In this document: positions 19,160 to 32,414 of the stretch, piece after piece
How the letters are laid out: the number at the start of each line of letters is the position of its first letter
Position numbering within the stretch: the stretch's first letter is position 1
Origin: Nannocystis bainbridge
Lineage (GTDB): Bacteria > Myxococcota_A > Polyangia > Nannocystales > Nannocystaceae
NCBI RefSeq assembly: GCF_028368995.1
Contig: NZ_JAQNDL010000001.1
Location: forward strand, 3,776,001-3,840,000
DNA: 64,000 nucleotides
Direction: 5' to 3'
The notes under the pieces: model-generated
The model's input: only the letters and a program-made list of their open reading frames with translations
Databases searched by the model: none
Told to the model about the DNA's origin: nothing
Made by a program: the position numbers and the translations under genes

Positions 19160-20065
19160 ATGCGGACACTGCGCAAGATCTTCCAGCTCATCAAAGAAGC
19201 AGGGCTCGAGTTCTCTCGCGAGGACCCGTTCACGCAGGCGGGCGCGCTTTCTTATTACACGATGCTGTCGCTGGCGCCGTTCCTGCTGCTGCTGGTGGCC
19301 ATCGTCGGCCTGATCTACGGCGAGGAGGCCGCGCGCGGCGAGGTCGTCGATCGGCTGTCGCACTTCGTCGGGCCCCAGGCCGCCGAGGTGGCGCAGGACA
19401 TCCTCGCCCACGCGCACAAGGCCGGCGGCGGGTGGCTCTCGGCGGTCATCAGCGGCGTGGTCATGCTGGTCGGCGCGACCACGGCGTTCGGCCAGTTGCA
19501 GTCGGCCCTCGACCACATCTGGGGCGCCGCGCCGAGCCAGACCGGCTGGCGCAACACCGTGCGCGGGCGCCTGCTCGGCCTCGTGCTCATCCTCGCCATG
19601 GGCGGCGCCGTCGTCGCCCTGCTGGTGGCCGGCTCCGTCGTCTCCGGCCTGTCGGCGCTGCCCGGCACCGAGGGCCTCGGGTGGTTCTGGCGCCTCGTCG
19701 ACCTCGGCATCTCGGTCACGGTGATGACCGGCATGTTCGCGCTGCTGTTCAAGCTGCTGCCGAACGCCGAGGTCCGCTGGCGCGAGGTGGCCATCGGCGC
19801 CGCGACCACCTCGCTGCTGTTCACCATCGGTCAGTGGGCGATCGGCGTCTACCTCGGCCGCGCCGCCGTGGGTTCGGCCTACGGCGCGGCCGGCTCGGTG
19901 GTGGTGCTGATGGCGTGGGTCTACTACTCGTCGCTGATCATGCTGTTCGGCGCCGAGATCACGCAGGTCCACGCGCGGCGCTCCGGTCGCGCGATCGTCT
20001 CGCGCGGGCAGGCGCAGCCCGAGGACGGGCAGATGCCCGCCGGCGCCGTGACGTCGCATTCGTGA
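19160..20065 (+). CDS. YihY/virulence factor BrkB family membrane protein
   Basis: AGALSYYTMLSLAPFLL, SAYGAAGSVVVLMAWVYYSSLIMLFGAE. Confidence 0.9.
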   Translation: MRTLRKIFQLIKEAGLEFSREDPFTQAGALSYYTMLSLAPFLLLLVAIVGLIYGEEAARGEVVDRLSHFVGPQAAEVAQDILAHAHKAGGGWLSAVISGVVMLVGATTAFGQLQSALDHIWGAAPSQTGWRNTVRGRLLGLVLILAMGGAVVALLVAGSVVSGLSALPGTEGLGWFWRLVDLGISVTVMTGMFALLFKLLPNAEVRWREVAIGAATTSLLFTIGQWAIGVYLGRAAVGSAYGAAGSVVVLMAWVYYSSLIMLFGAEITQVHARRSGRAIVSRGQAQPEDGQMPAGAVTSHS

Positions 20066-20108
20066 CCGCGGTAGCGTCGGCCTGGCGCGGCGACTATGCT
20101 GCCGCGCC

Positions 20109-21134
20109 ATGCCGCACGACACGCTCCTCGTCTGCGACGATCGCATGCTCGGCCACGAGCAAGGCCCGCATCACCCCGAGAGCCCGGCCCGGCTGCGGGC
20201 GGTCTGCGAGCGCCTGCGCCGCGATCCGATCGCCGGCGTCCGCTGGGCCTCGGCCCCGCCGGCCACGCGTGAGCAGGTGCTGCGGGTGCACGACCCGGGC
20301 TACGTCGACACCGTCGACCGCGTCCGCGGCGTCGCCTTCGACCTCGACCCCGACGTCCTGCTCGGCCCCGGCAGCGTCGACGCCGCCTACCTGGCCGCAG
20401 GGGCAGGCATCGCCGCGGTCGAGGCGGTAGTCGGCGGCGCCGCCCGCCGCGCCTTCGCCCTGGTGCGCCCGCCGGGCCACCACGCGGAGCACAGCGCGGC
20501 GATGGGCTTCTGCGTGTTCAGCAACATCGCCGCGGCCGCCGAGCACGCCCGCGTCGCGCTCGGGCTGTCGCGCGTGCTGGTGGTCGACTGGGACGTCCAC
20601 CACGGCAACGGGACGCAGCACCTGTTCGAGGGCCGGCGCGACGTGATGGTGTTCAACACCCATCAAGCGCCGCACTACCCGGGCACCGGCGCGGCCGGGG
20701 AGGTCGGCAGCGGCGAGGGCCGCGGCTTCACCGTCAACGTCCCGCTGCCCGGCGGCCTCGGCGACGGCGACTACGCGACCATCTACCGCGACCTCCTGAC
20801 GCCGATCGCCGAGCAGTTCGCCCCCGAGCTGATCCTGGTGTCGGCCGGCTTCGACCCGCACCGCGACGACCCGCTCGGCGACATGCAGGTCACCGCCGAC
20901 GGCTTCGCCCACCTGTGCGGCGTGGTCTGCGAGCTCGCCGACCGCCTCGCCGAGGGCCGCCTGGTCCTCCTGCTCGAGGGTGGCTACGACCTCCGCGGCC
21001 TCGCCGACAGCGTCCACGCCTGCACGGCGGTGCTGGCCGGCAGCACGCCGCCCGGCGGGGGCCCCGCGAGCCCCGCCGGCGAGACAGCCGTCCGCCGCGC
21101 CCGCGCCGCGCAAGCCCCGTACTGGCGCCTCTGA
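20109..21134 (+). CDS. Zn-dependent histone deacetylase family protein
   Basis: HPESPARL, RPPGHHA, GFCVFSN, DWDVHHGNGTQ, SAGFD, LEGGY. Confidence 0.93.
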   Translation: MPHDTLLVCDDRMLGHEQGPHHPESPARLRAVCERLRRDPIAGVRWASAPPATREQVLRVHDPGYVDTVDRVRGVAFDLDPDVLLGPGSVDAAYLAAGAGIAAVEAVVGGAARRAFALVRPPGHHAEHSAAMGFCVFSNIAAAAEHARVALGLSRVLVVDWDVHHGNGTQHLFEGRRDVMVFNTHQAPHYPGTGAAGEVGSGEGRGFTVNVPLPGGLGDGDYATIYRDLLTPIAEQFAPELILVSAGFDPHRDDPLGDMQVTADGFAHLCGVVCELADRLAEGRLVLLLEGGYDLRGLADSVHACTAVLAGSTPPGGGPASPAGETAVRRARAAQAPYWRL

Positions 21135-21212
21135 CCGACCCGCCCGTCCGTGAGCTCGCCCAGCTCGGCGCCCGCGCCGGCTTCCGTTACTCTCCGCCTC
21201 CGCCGCCGAGCC

Positions 21213-21578
21213 ATGGACATCTTCAAACAGTTCCGCTTCGAGGCCGCCCACCTGCTGCCCAACGTGCCCGCGGGCCACAAGTGCGCGCGGCTGCACGGCC
21301 ACTCGTTCATGATCGAGATCCACGTGCGGGGCCCGGTCGGCGACACGAGCGGCTGGGTGCTCGACTTCGCCGACATCGGCGCCGCCTGGCAACCGCTGCA
21401 CGCGCTGCTCGACCACCACTACCTCAACGAGGTCGAAGGCCTCGAGAACCCGACCAGCGAGCTGCTGGCCCGGTGGATCTGGCGCCGCTTGCTGCCCGCC
21501 CTGCCCGGCCTGTCGCAGGTGGTCGTCCGCGAGACCTGCACCACCGGCTGCATCTACCGCGGCGAAGACGAGCGCTAG
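21213..21578 (+). CDS. queD: 6-carboxy-5,6,7,8-tetrahydropterin synthase
   Basis: [30 protein letters not shown]. Confidence 0.93.
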   Translation: MDIFKQFRFEAAHLLPNVPAGHKCARLHGHSFMIEIHVRGPVGDTSGWVLDFADIGAAWQPLHALLDHHYLNEVEGLENPTSELLARWIWRRLLPALPGLSQVVVRETCTTGCIYRGEDER

Positions 21579-21597
21579 ACCTCTTTTTTAAAGAGAG

Positions 21598-21657
21598 GAC
21601 ATGTTCATGAGGACATGTCCCCGAGGGCATGCTCTCGAGAACATGTCCTGAGGGTCT
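21598..21657. repeat. Four-unit phased TGTC-N6-GACA array
   Basis: GACA TGTT CATGAG GACA TGTC CCCGAG GGCA TGCT CTCGAG AACA TGTC. Confidence 0.85.
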
Positions 21658-21778
21658 AGATCTGGCTGACGCCCGCGGCCATCGGCGCCGCGGAGCGACA
21701 GGCCCTGCTCGAGCGCCCCGCGTCGCTCGCCGCACCGCGACGCGCCCGCGCGAGGGCGCGTCGCTGCGGCACACTCAC

Positions 21779-23005
21779 TCACTTATTAAACGTGCGCGAG
21801 TAGAGCTCGTTGCCGTTCTTGTCGAAGATGACGCCGGTGAAGCTGTTGTCGTTGAGCTCCACCCAGGTGAAGCCTTCCATCTCGGCGATCTGGAAGTGGA
21901 ACGGGTTGCTGCCCTCGATCGTGTTGGCCTTGCTGCCCGCGCCGGCGACGATGAACTCGGTGCCGCAGGCCGCCTGCAGCCACTGCATCGTGTGGTCGTG
22001 GCCGCAGATGTAGACGTCGATCTTGCCGCAGACCGACTCCTCCATGAACTCCTTGACGGAGTCGCCGGCCACGAACGGCAGCGGGATGCCCTCGAGGTCC
22101 TCGTAGTCGCCGGCGTTGCCGTGGTCGCCGTTCGAGAGGTAGGGGTGGTGGCCGAAGCCGATCTTCCACGTCGCGGTGCTGGCGGCGAGGGTCTGGTCGA
22201 GCCAGTTCTGCTGCGGGTCGGCGCTGCCGTTGAACGGATCCGTCATCACCTGGTTGGTGTCGAGGCCCCAGAACTCCGCGTGGGCCTGCTTCCACGAGTA
22301 GTACTTGTCCGGCATGCGCCACAGCTCGCTGTGCTGGGTGTACTCGACCTGGTAGTCGGACTTGTTGGTGTCGAAGTCGACGCCGATGCCGCCGCCGCCG
22401 TAGTCGTGGTTGCCGAGCACCGCGTAGATCGGGAACGTGATGCCCATGTAGGGCAGCTCGAACTTCTCCTGCCACTGCGGGTCGTCGACGCCCTCGACGC
22501 CGCTGTCGTAGAAGTTGTCGCCGGTCAGCATCGCCCAGTCGCAGCCGCGCTGCTCGCACACGGCGATGATCGCGTCGGCGACCTGATACTGGTCCTCGTT
22601 GCCCTCGCCGACGTCGCCGAGCACCACGAAGCGGACCAGCCCGCCGGTCCCCTCGGTCGTCTCCTCGCCGGTCGTGGAGGTCGTGGAGGTCGTGCTCGTC
22701 GTCGTGCCCGGGGTGGTGGCCGTGGTCGTCGACGAGGTCGGGTCGCTGGTCGGGCCCGCGGTCGGGTCGGGCTCGGTCGTATTGGTCTGACCGCCGGACT
22801 GGGTGCCGTCGCTCGAGCCGGGCCCACCGGTGACCATGGTCGGGTCGGGCGTCTGCGTCGCGGCGGTCGAGTCGGACGACTGCGCGGTGGTTTCGACGCT
22901 CTGCGTGCCCGCGCCCGTGCCTCCGTCGTCGCTGCAACCACCGGCGAACACCGCCGCGAGCATCGTCCCACGCGCAATTCGGCTGACCATCTTCATGTCC
23001 ATCAT
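21779..23005 (-). CDS. Lipoprotein metallophosphoesterase (purple/tartrate-resistant acid phosphatase-like)
   Basis: Lipobox FAGGC, T-rich linker, GDVG, GDNFY, GNHD, GHHP and GHDH motifs. Confidence 0.88.
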   Translation of the reverse strand: MMDMKMVSRIARGTMLAAVFAGGCSDDGGTGAGTQSVETTAQSSDSTAATQTPDPTMVTGGPGSSDGTQSGGQTNTTEPDPTAGPTSDPTSSTTTATTPGTTTSTTSTTSTTGEETTEGTGGLVRFVVLGDVGEGNEDQYQVADAIIAVCEQRGCDWAMLTGDNFYDSGVEGVDDPQWQEKFELPYMGITFPIYAVLGNHDYGGGGIGVDFDTNKSDYQVEYTQHSELWRMPDKYYSWKQAHAEFWGLDTNQVMTDPFNGSADPQQNWLDQTLAASTATWKIGFGHHPYLSNGDHGNAGDYEDLEGIPLPFVAGDSVKEFMEESVCGKIDVYICGHDHTMQWLQAACGTEFIVAGAGSKANTIEGSNPFHFQIAEMEGFTWVELNDNSFTGVIFDKNGNELYSRTFNK

Positions 23006-23396
23006 CCCCTCAGGCCGCGGCAATATACACGAGCGGCCCAGCCCGAAGCGTCGCGAAGGCCACGCGCAGGTGAACCCTGTAGCGATCGTCGACGCACGTG
23101 CGCAAGCTCGCGGGTGTCGCCCGCGATGATTGGGGCCTCGATGCGACGCCCATCGCCGCGTCGTCGCCCGTTGCAAGCGTGCGCCGATCCTCGCGCGAGC
23201 GGCCCGGGGGCATCGAGGCTCGCAGCGACACCTCGCCGATCCGCTGCGCCGCCCCTCGCCTGTCGGGCGCGCGCCACTCGCCATCGCGGCAGGCAGCGTC
23301 GGTCTGTTCCGTCGATCGCGGCTCCATGGCTCGCCTCCTCGCGCGGCTGCGCCCGGGGCGCGGCCGCGAACCGAGATTCGTGCTACTCGCGAGGCC

Positions 23397-24152
23397 ATGT
23401 CGTCCGCTGCCGCCTCCTCGAGCCTCCCGCGCGGCCTCCAGCTGGCCGGCCGTGGCCTGCAGATCGCGCTCGCCAGCCCCGAGGTCCGCCGCGCCTATCT
23501 CCGCCTGGCGGTGGTGCTGGTCATCCTCGCCGTCGTGCTCACGGCGCTGCTCGGCGGCCTGCTGTGGTGGCTGGTGCCTGTCTCTGGGGACATGTCCTGG
23601 ACGACATGGCTCGGGCGCTGGGCGCTGCGGATCGGCGGCGGCCTGCTGGCGCTGGTGGCCGCGCCGATGCTGTCCTTCTTCGTCGTCAGCATCGGCCTCC
23701 CGTTCCTGGCCGACGGCGTGTTCATGGCCGGCATGCGCGCGACCGACCCGGCGCTGGCGGCCCGGCTCGAGCGGCCGGCCGAGCTCGGGTTCGTGGCCGC
23801 GACCGTCGGCAGCATCCGCCGCGCGGTCTATTTCCTCGGCGTCACCGCGGTCCTGTTCGGGCTCACGCTGGTCCCGTTCGTCGGGCCGCTGCTCGGGCCG
23901 CCGCTGCAGCTGTGGTACGCGGCGCGGACCTTCACCTGGGAGCTGCTCGACCCGTACTTCGAGCGGACCGGCCAGACCTACGCGCAACAGCAGACGGTCG
24001 TGCGGGCCCACCGCGCGACCCTCGCCGGCTTTGGTCTGCCGTGGGTGGCGGTGATGGCCCTCCCATTCGTGGGCCCTCTGCTCTTTGGTCTCGCGCAGGC
24101 CGCCGTGGCGACGGTCGTCGCCGACGAGCTCGAAGCGGCTACAGCGCGCTGA
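23397..24152 (+). CDS. EI24/CysZ-like membrane protein
   Basis: Four to five hydrophobic segments, LVPFVGP, WELLDPY, LPFVGPL pattern. Confidence 0.7.
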   Translation: MSSAAASSSLPRGLQLAGRGLQIALASPEVRRAYLRLAVVLVILAVVLTALLGGLLWWLVPVSGDMSWTTWLGRWALRIGGGLLALVAAPMLSFFVVSIGLPFLADGVFMAGMRATDPALAARLERPAELGFVAATVGSIRRAVYFLGVTAVLFGLTLVPFVGPLLGPPLQLWYAARTFTWELLDPYFERTGQTYAQQQTVVRAHRATLAGFGLPWVAVMALPFVGPLLFGLAQAAVATVVADELEAATAR

Positions 24153-24434
24153 TTCTGTCCGCGGGGACAATCGGACAATCGTCCGGGCGACCGTCCGCAA
24201 CCTGTCGGAAAGGCCAGGTGGTCGGCACAGCTCGCTGGGGGCCCGAGGTCCGAGATCGGGACGCCACTCGAACCGCGTTCGTCAGGCCCCTGAGGGGCGT
24301 GGACACCGCCCCCCAGGCTGACTGCTGAGGCAGGGCTTTCCAGCCCTGTGCACACGTCGTAGGATATCAACCTCGATGTCGGCCCAAAAGGTATCCTGAT
24401 GGCCCCTTCTCGTCAAATTGACGCTTCCAGGGTT

Positions 24435-24450
24435 TGGCAAGCTTCTTGCT
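24435..24450 (+). promoter_or_regulatory. Sigma-54 (-24/-12) promoter
   Basis: TGGCAAGCTTCTTGCT: GG-N10-GC spacing matches the TGGCAC-N5-TTGCW consensus with one mismatch. Confidence 0.6.
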
Positions 24451-24479
24451 GTTAGAGACCTGCCCCCCCTGGAGCCGCC

Positions 24480-24659
24480 ATGTCCGCCAAGACCGAAGTT
24501 CCCTGGGTCTACCTGTGCCTCAAGGTGCAATACGCCTCTCCACAGGTCGGTGCCCGCCTGGCTCTGGGGTTAGCCCATACCTGGCCCGCGAACGACAGTG
24601 TAGAAGCCCCCACGCCCGTCGCGCCGGGCAAGCTCGGCGCCCGCCGTGACAGCGCCTAG
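24480..24659 (+). CDS. Putative 59-aa small protein
   Basis: GGAG RBS then ATG about 30 nt after the sigma-54 site; MSAKTEVPWVYLCLKVQYASPQVGARLALGLAHTWPANDSVEAPTPVAPGKLGARRDSA. Confidence 0.4.
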   Translation: MSAKTEVPWVYLCLKVQYASPQVGARLALGLAHTWPANDSVEAPTPVAPGKLGARRDSA

Positions 24660-24902
24660 ACCGCTGTTCTCTTGCCCTGGCGGCTGATTCTGTCGCCGCC
24701 GGGCCCCACCCTGTCCCGTCCTGTTTCGCGCCGGCAGGCTCCGCTCCTGGGGCCGCTCGCCCGCGCAGGATCGCCCGACCCGAAGCCCGGACGCCTGTCC
24801 GCTTCGTGTTGACACCACCAGCGTCGCGGCCTCTCGCCGGCCGTCAGACCGGGCCCCGGCAGCCCTAGAGTCCTCCCGCCCGCGACGCGCGGGGGAGGAC
24901 CC

Positions 24903-25928
<1,026 letters not shown>

Positions 25929-25931
25929 CCC

Positions 25932-25987
25932 GTTCGCAAGGGACAGGTCCCCGAGGACCTGTCCCTTTCAACATGTCCGAGAGGACC
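25932..25987. repeat. Four-unit phased TGTC-N6-GACA array
   Basis: GACA GGTC CCCGAG GACC TGTC CCTTTC AACA TGTC CGAGAG GACC. Confidence 0.8.
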
Positions 25988-25990
25988 GAC

Positions 25991-26422
25991 TCAGTGCAGC
26001 CACTCGTGGCGGCGAGCCCGCTCCTGCAGGGCCTGGACCGAGTCGTTGGTGTAGTCGCCGATGATCTCGCGGACCACCGACTTCTGCAGGGTGGCCCTGG
26101 CGACCTCGCGCAGGCGACCGACGAAGTCGGCCGGGGCGGCGATGACCAGGCGGCCGAACTGACGCTGGTGCTGGGCCTGCGTCAGGCGCTCGACGATCTG
26201 GCGCACGAACTTGGAGTCTTGCTCCTCGGCCGCGCCGCGGGTCTCGCTGACCAGGTCACGCCGACCTGACGCGCTGCTCGAACCCCCGCGCCGCTCGTAA
26301 CGGGGACGTTCGGGGCTCTCGAGCGTCTCGATCGGGGTCAACGTGGGCTTCATGCGGGAGCCTTGGACCTCGAAGAGCAGGGCCTGACTGCGATCCGCGA
26401 CGACGAACCAGGTCGATTCCAT
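25991..26422 (-). CDS. Host-attachment / baeRF (aeRF1-like) family protein
   Basis: TWFVVADRSQA N-terminus, LVIAAPADFVGRLR, EIIGDYT C-terminal motif; GAGGAGG RBS. Confidence 0.75.
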   Translation of the reverse strand: MESTWFVVADRSQALLFEVQGSRMKPTLTPIETLESPERPRYERRGGSSSASGRRDLVSETRGAAEEQDSKFVRQIVERLTQAQHQRQFGRLVIAAPADFVGRLREVARATLQKSVVREIIGDYTNDSVQALQERARRHEWLH

Positions 26423-26805
26423 TCCGGTACCTCCTCATTTTCGATGCTGGGGCAGGCCGTGAGGCCGTACAAGCCGGGACGGGCCGCCCGGCCGCGTGAA
26501 CAACCGCGGGGCCCCTGCCGCCCATTCCCGCCCGGCGATCCCCCAGCGCCGCGCCCCCGGCCTCGCGTCGGCGCGGCAAAACTCCGTGACTACGCGTGAA
26601 TTCCCGGTCCCGGGGGCCTGGCGCGCTTCGTGAGCCGGCGCATCTACGTCGGCCGCCTCACGCACCGCCGCTGCGGGCCCCTGCAGCAGCGCTGCGGGGC
26701 CGGGCGCGGCCATAGCGCGGGGGGCGCCGCCAGGGTCCGCGGCGGCCGGCAAAAGCGCGTAGCCGCGTCGGACCGCCCGCGCTATCCTCCCGCCCCTCAC
26801 GGCGT

Positions 26806-29412
<2,607 letters not shown>

Positions 29413-29414
29413 CC

Positions 29415-29456
29415 TGTCCCTCCGGACATGTTCTCAAGCACCTGGCCCCGAGGACA
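29415..29456. repeat. Three-unit TGTC-N6-GACA array filling the gyrA-hemL spacer
   Basis: TGTC CCTCCG GACA TGTT CTCAAG CACC TGGC CCCGAG GACA. Confidence 0.75.
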
Positions 29457-29459
29457 GCG

Positions 29460-30809
29460 ATGAGCACCACGCCCGAGTTCTGGACCCAGATCCCCGGTGA
29501 CGGCCGGGCCGGCGCCAACAGCCGCGCGCTCTTCAACGCCGCCCAGTTCGTCATCCCGGGCGGCGTCAACAGCCCGGTGCGCGCGTTCAAGGCGGTCGGC
29601 GGCGACCCGCCGTTCATCCGCGCCGCCCGCGGGCCCTACCTGCTGACGGAGGACGGCGTCACTCTGGTCGACTACGTCGGCTCCTGGGGCCCGGCGATCC
29701 TCGGCCACGCCCACCCCGAGGTGGTCGACGCCGTCTGCCGCGCCGCCCGCGACGGCCTGTCCTTCGGGGCATGTTCGGCCGGCGAGGTCGAGTTCGCCGA
29801 GCTGCTGTGCCGCGTGGTCCCGGCGCTCAAGGACGGCATGGTCCGCCTGGTCTCGTCGGGCACCGAGGCGACGATGAGCGCCCTGCGGCTGGCCCGCGGC
29901 TTCACCGGCCGCAGCAAGATCGTCAAGATCGACGGCGGCTACCACGGCCACGCCGACTTCCTGCTGGTGGCCGCCGGCTCGGGCGCCGCCACCCTCGGCA
30001 TCCCCGGCTCCGAGGGCGTGCCCGCGGCCACGGTCGCCGACACCCTCACCGTCCCGTTCAACAGCGTCGTCGCCGTCGAGCAGGTGCTCGAGCAGCACCG
30101 CGGCGACATCGCCGCCATCATCGTCGAGCCCGTGCCCGGCAACATGGGCTGCGTGCCGCCCGACCCCGGCTACCTGCAGGCGCTGCGCGACGCCTGCACC
30201 CGCGAGGGCGTGGTCCTGGTGTTCGACGAGGTGATGACGGGCTTCCGCGTCGCCCTCGGCGGCGCCCAGCAGCGCTACGGCGTCACCCCCGACCTCGTCT
30301 GCCTCGGCAAGATCGTCGGCGGCGGCATGCCGGTCGGCGCCTACGGCGGTCGCCGCGACATCATGCAGCACGTCGCCCCGCTGGGCCCGGTCTACCAGGC
30401 GGGCACCCTCAGCGGGAACCCGGTCGCGGTCGCGGCCGGCCTGGCGACCCTGCAGATCTTGACCCGCGACGACCCCTACGCCGCCCTCGAGGCCACCTCC
30501 GCCGCCCTGGCCGCGGGCCTGTCCGCCCGCGCCGCCAAGGCCGGCGTGCCGGTGGTGATGAACCGCGTCGGCGCCATGTTCACCGGCTTCTTCCGCAGCG
30601 GAGAGGTCCACGACTACGACGACGCCAAGGCCAGCGACCTCGGCGCCTTCGCCGAATTCCACCGCGAGATGCTGACCTGCGGGGTCTACCTGGCGCCCTC
30701 GCAATTCGAGGCCAGCTTTGTCTCGCTCGCCCACGACGCCGCGGCCATCGAGCACACCCTCGCCGCCGCCGAGGCCGCCTTCGCCGCGGTCGCCCGTCGC
30801 TACGGCTAG
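29460..30809 (+). CDS. hemL: Glutamate-1-semialdehyde 2,1-aminomutase
   Basis: [50 protein letters not shown]. Confidence 0.96.
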   Translation: MSTTPEFWTQIPGDGRAGANSRALFNAAQFVIPGGVNSPVRAFKAVGGDPPFIRAARGPYLLTEDGVTLVDYVGSWGPAILGHAHPEVVDAVCRAARDGLSFGACSAGEVEFAELLCRVVPALKDGMVRLVSSGTEATMSALRLARGFTGRSKIVKIDGGYHGHADFLLVAAGSGAATLGIPGSEGVPAATVADTLTVPFNSVVAVEQVLEQHRGDIAAIIVEPVPGNMGCVPPDPGYLQALRDACTREGVVLVFDEVMTGFRVALGGAQQRYGVTPDLVCLGKIVGGGMPVGAYGGRRDIMQHVAPLGPVYQAGTLSGNPVAVAAGLATLQILTRDDPYAALEATSAALAAGLSARAAKAGVPVVMNRVGAMFTGFFRSGEVHDYDDAKASDLGAFAEFHREMLTCGVYLAPSQFEASFVSLAHDAAAIEHTLAAAEAAFAAVARRYG

Positions 30810-30827
30810 CGAGGGAGAGATCCGCCC

Positions 30828-31163
30828 ATGACCGAACGCCGCAAGAGAGAGCCGCTGCTCAAGCAGGCGCGGTGGTTCCAGCTCGCCGAGGCCGGCTCGG
30901 TCGGCATCGAGATGGCCGTGGCGATCGCCATCGGCGCGTTTGGGGGCATGTACCTCGAGCGTCACGTCACGCACTGGGCCCCGTGGACCACCTACATCGG
31001 CCTGGCGGTCGGCATCAGCGCCGCCGGGCTGGCGGTGGTCCGCACCGCCCGCAAGTTCAGCGCCCGCATCGAGGCCGAGGAGCGGGCCGAGGCGCGGGCC
31101 GCCGGGGCCAGTCCCCAAAGTCACCAAAGTCACGAGTCGACTGACGATCCCGAGGTCCGGTAG
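30828..31163 (+). CDS. AtpZ/AtpI family protein (ATP synthase gene 1)
   Basis: Two-TM protein SVGIEMAVAIAIG...W.PW at the head of the F0 operon. Confidence 0.8.
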   Translation: MTERRKREPLLKQARWFQLAEAGSVGIEMAVAIAIGAFGGMYLERHVTHWAPWTTYIGLAVGISAAGLAVVRTARKFSARIEAEERAEARAAGASPQSHQSHESTDDPEVR

Positions 31164-31165
31164 TC

Positions 31166-31582
31166 GTGGATCCGGCGATCTGGGATCTCGTACGGCGCCG
31201 CGTGTATTTGTGGACGCTCACGCTCACCGCGATCGCGGCCGGCCTCGCAGCCGCGCTGGCGGGCGCCGAGCAGGGTTGGAGCGTCGTCGCCGGGGCTCTG
31301 ATCGGCTTCGTCAACCTCGCCTCGCTCGCGCGGGCCGTGGTGCGCCTGGTGGGCGAGGCGCGGGCCGACCCGCAGCGGCACGCCGGCGGGGGCGGCGGAG
31401 CGGTGCTCGCTCTGGTGCGCTGGCCGGTCGCTGCTCTTGCGACCGTCGCCGTCCTTTGGTACATGCCCGGCCGACCTGAGGGGCTCGCAGCAGGGGTCCT
31501 GGCGGCATTGGCCGCCTTCTGCCTGGCGGCACTCCACAGCCGCGCCGACCTCTCCCGCGACGATCCCGAACCGGACGCCTGA
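31166..31582 (+). CDS. ATP synthase subunit I-like membrane protein
   Basis: Four TM segments, GALIGFVN; lies between atpZ and atpB. Confidence 0.7.
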   Translation: MDPAIWDLVRRRVYLWTLTLTAIAAGLAAALAGAEQGWSVVAGALIGFVNLASLARAVVRLVGEARADPQRHAGGGGGAVLALVRWPVAALATVAVLWYMPGRPEGLAAGVLAALAAFCLAALHSRADLSRDDPEPDA

Positions 31583-31584
31583 AC

Positions 31585-32373
31585 ATGGGTGATCACGACA
31601 GTTGGTACACGCTCCTGATGCCCGAGTTTTGGGCCCACCTGGAGTCCAGCGCCGCCGAGCATCTCGCCCGTGACAAGGCGTTCCTGATCTTCGGTGCCTC
31701 GCACTTCACGCTGGTGCACGTCGCCGGCGCCCTCCTCGCCTTCATCATTTTGATCATCGCCGCGCTGCGCTACCGCGCCAGCCTGCAGGACAGTTCGCGC
31801 GGGGTGATCCCGCCGCGCAACTTCGGTCTGGCGGCGATGGTCGATGGCTTCGTCGGCGCGGTCTACAACCTCTCGGCCGACGTCATGGGTGAGGAGGACG
31901 CCAAGAAGTTCCTCCCGCTGACCGGCACGCTGGCGCTGTTCATCTTCGTCTGCAACATCCAGGGTCTGGTCCCCGGCATGTTGCCGCCGACCGACACGCT
32001 GAAGACCAACCTCGTCTTCGCGCTGATCGTCTTCATCGTCTACAACGTCGCTGGCGTGGTGCGGAACGGCTTCGGCTACCTCGCTCACTTCCTCGGCCCG
32101 AAGATCGGCGGGTTCCCCTGGCTGTTCTTCCTGTTCTTGCCGATCGAGATCGTCAGCCACCTGGCCCGTCCGGTCTCGCTGTCCTTGCGCCTCACCGGCA
32201 ACATCGTCGCTGACCACAAGGTCGTCGGCGTGGTCGCCCTGATGGTGCCGCTGCTGGTGCCGCTGCCGTTCCTCCTGCTGGGTACGGTCGTGGCGATCGT
32301 CCAGACCCTCGTCTTCACCTTGCTGACCATCATCTTCATCGGCCTCGCCGTCGAGCACGCCGAAGAGCACTGA
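31585..32373 (+). CDS. atpB: F0F1 ATP synthase subunit a
   Basis: PIEIVSHLARPVSLSLRLTGN, VQTLVFTLLT. Confidence 0.95.
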   Translation: MGDHDSWYTLLMPEFWAHLESSAAEHLARDKAFLIFGASHFTLVHVAGALLAFIILIIAALRYRASLQDSSRGVIPPRNFGLAAMVDGFVGAVYNLSADVMGEEDAKKFLPLTGTLALFIFVCNIQGLVPGMLPPTDTLKTNLVFALIVFIVYNVAGVVRNGFGYLAHFLGPKIGGFPWLFFLFLPIEIVSHLARPVSLSLRLTGNIVADHKVVGVVALMVPLLVPLPFLLLGTVVAIVQTLVFTLLTIIFIGLAVEHAEEH

Positions 32374-32414
32374 GCCCCCTGTCCTCGCGGCCCTGGCCGT
32401 TTCGGAGCTGTCCC

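Noticed and set aside
21611-21648. GGACATGTCC/GGGCATGCTC match the p53 half-site RRRCWWGYYY
   Set aside because: A coincidental product of unit junctions; there is no basis for a p53-like factor, and isolated TGTC-N6-GACA units lack the decamer
24290-24830. tmRNA, 6S, SRP or RNase P RNA
   Set aside because: An ANDSVE peptide and some possible long-range pairing were noticed, but there are no tRNA-like ends, ALAA tag end, SRP loop or RNase P core motif; an Rfam search is needed to exclude them fully
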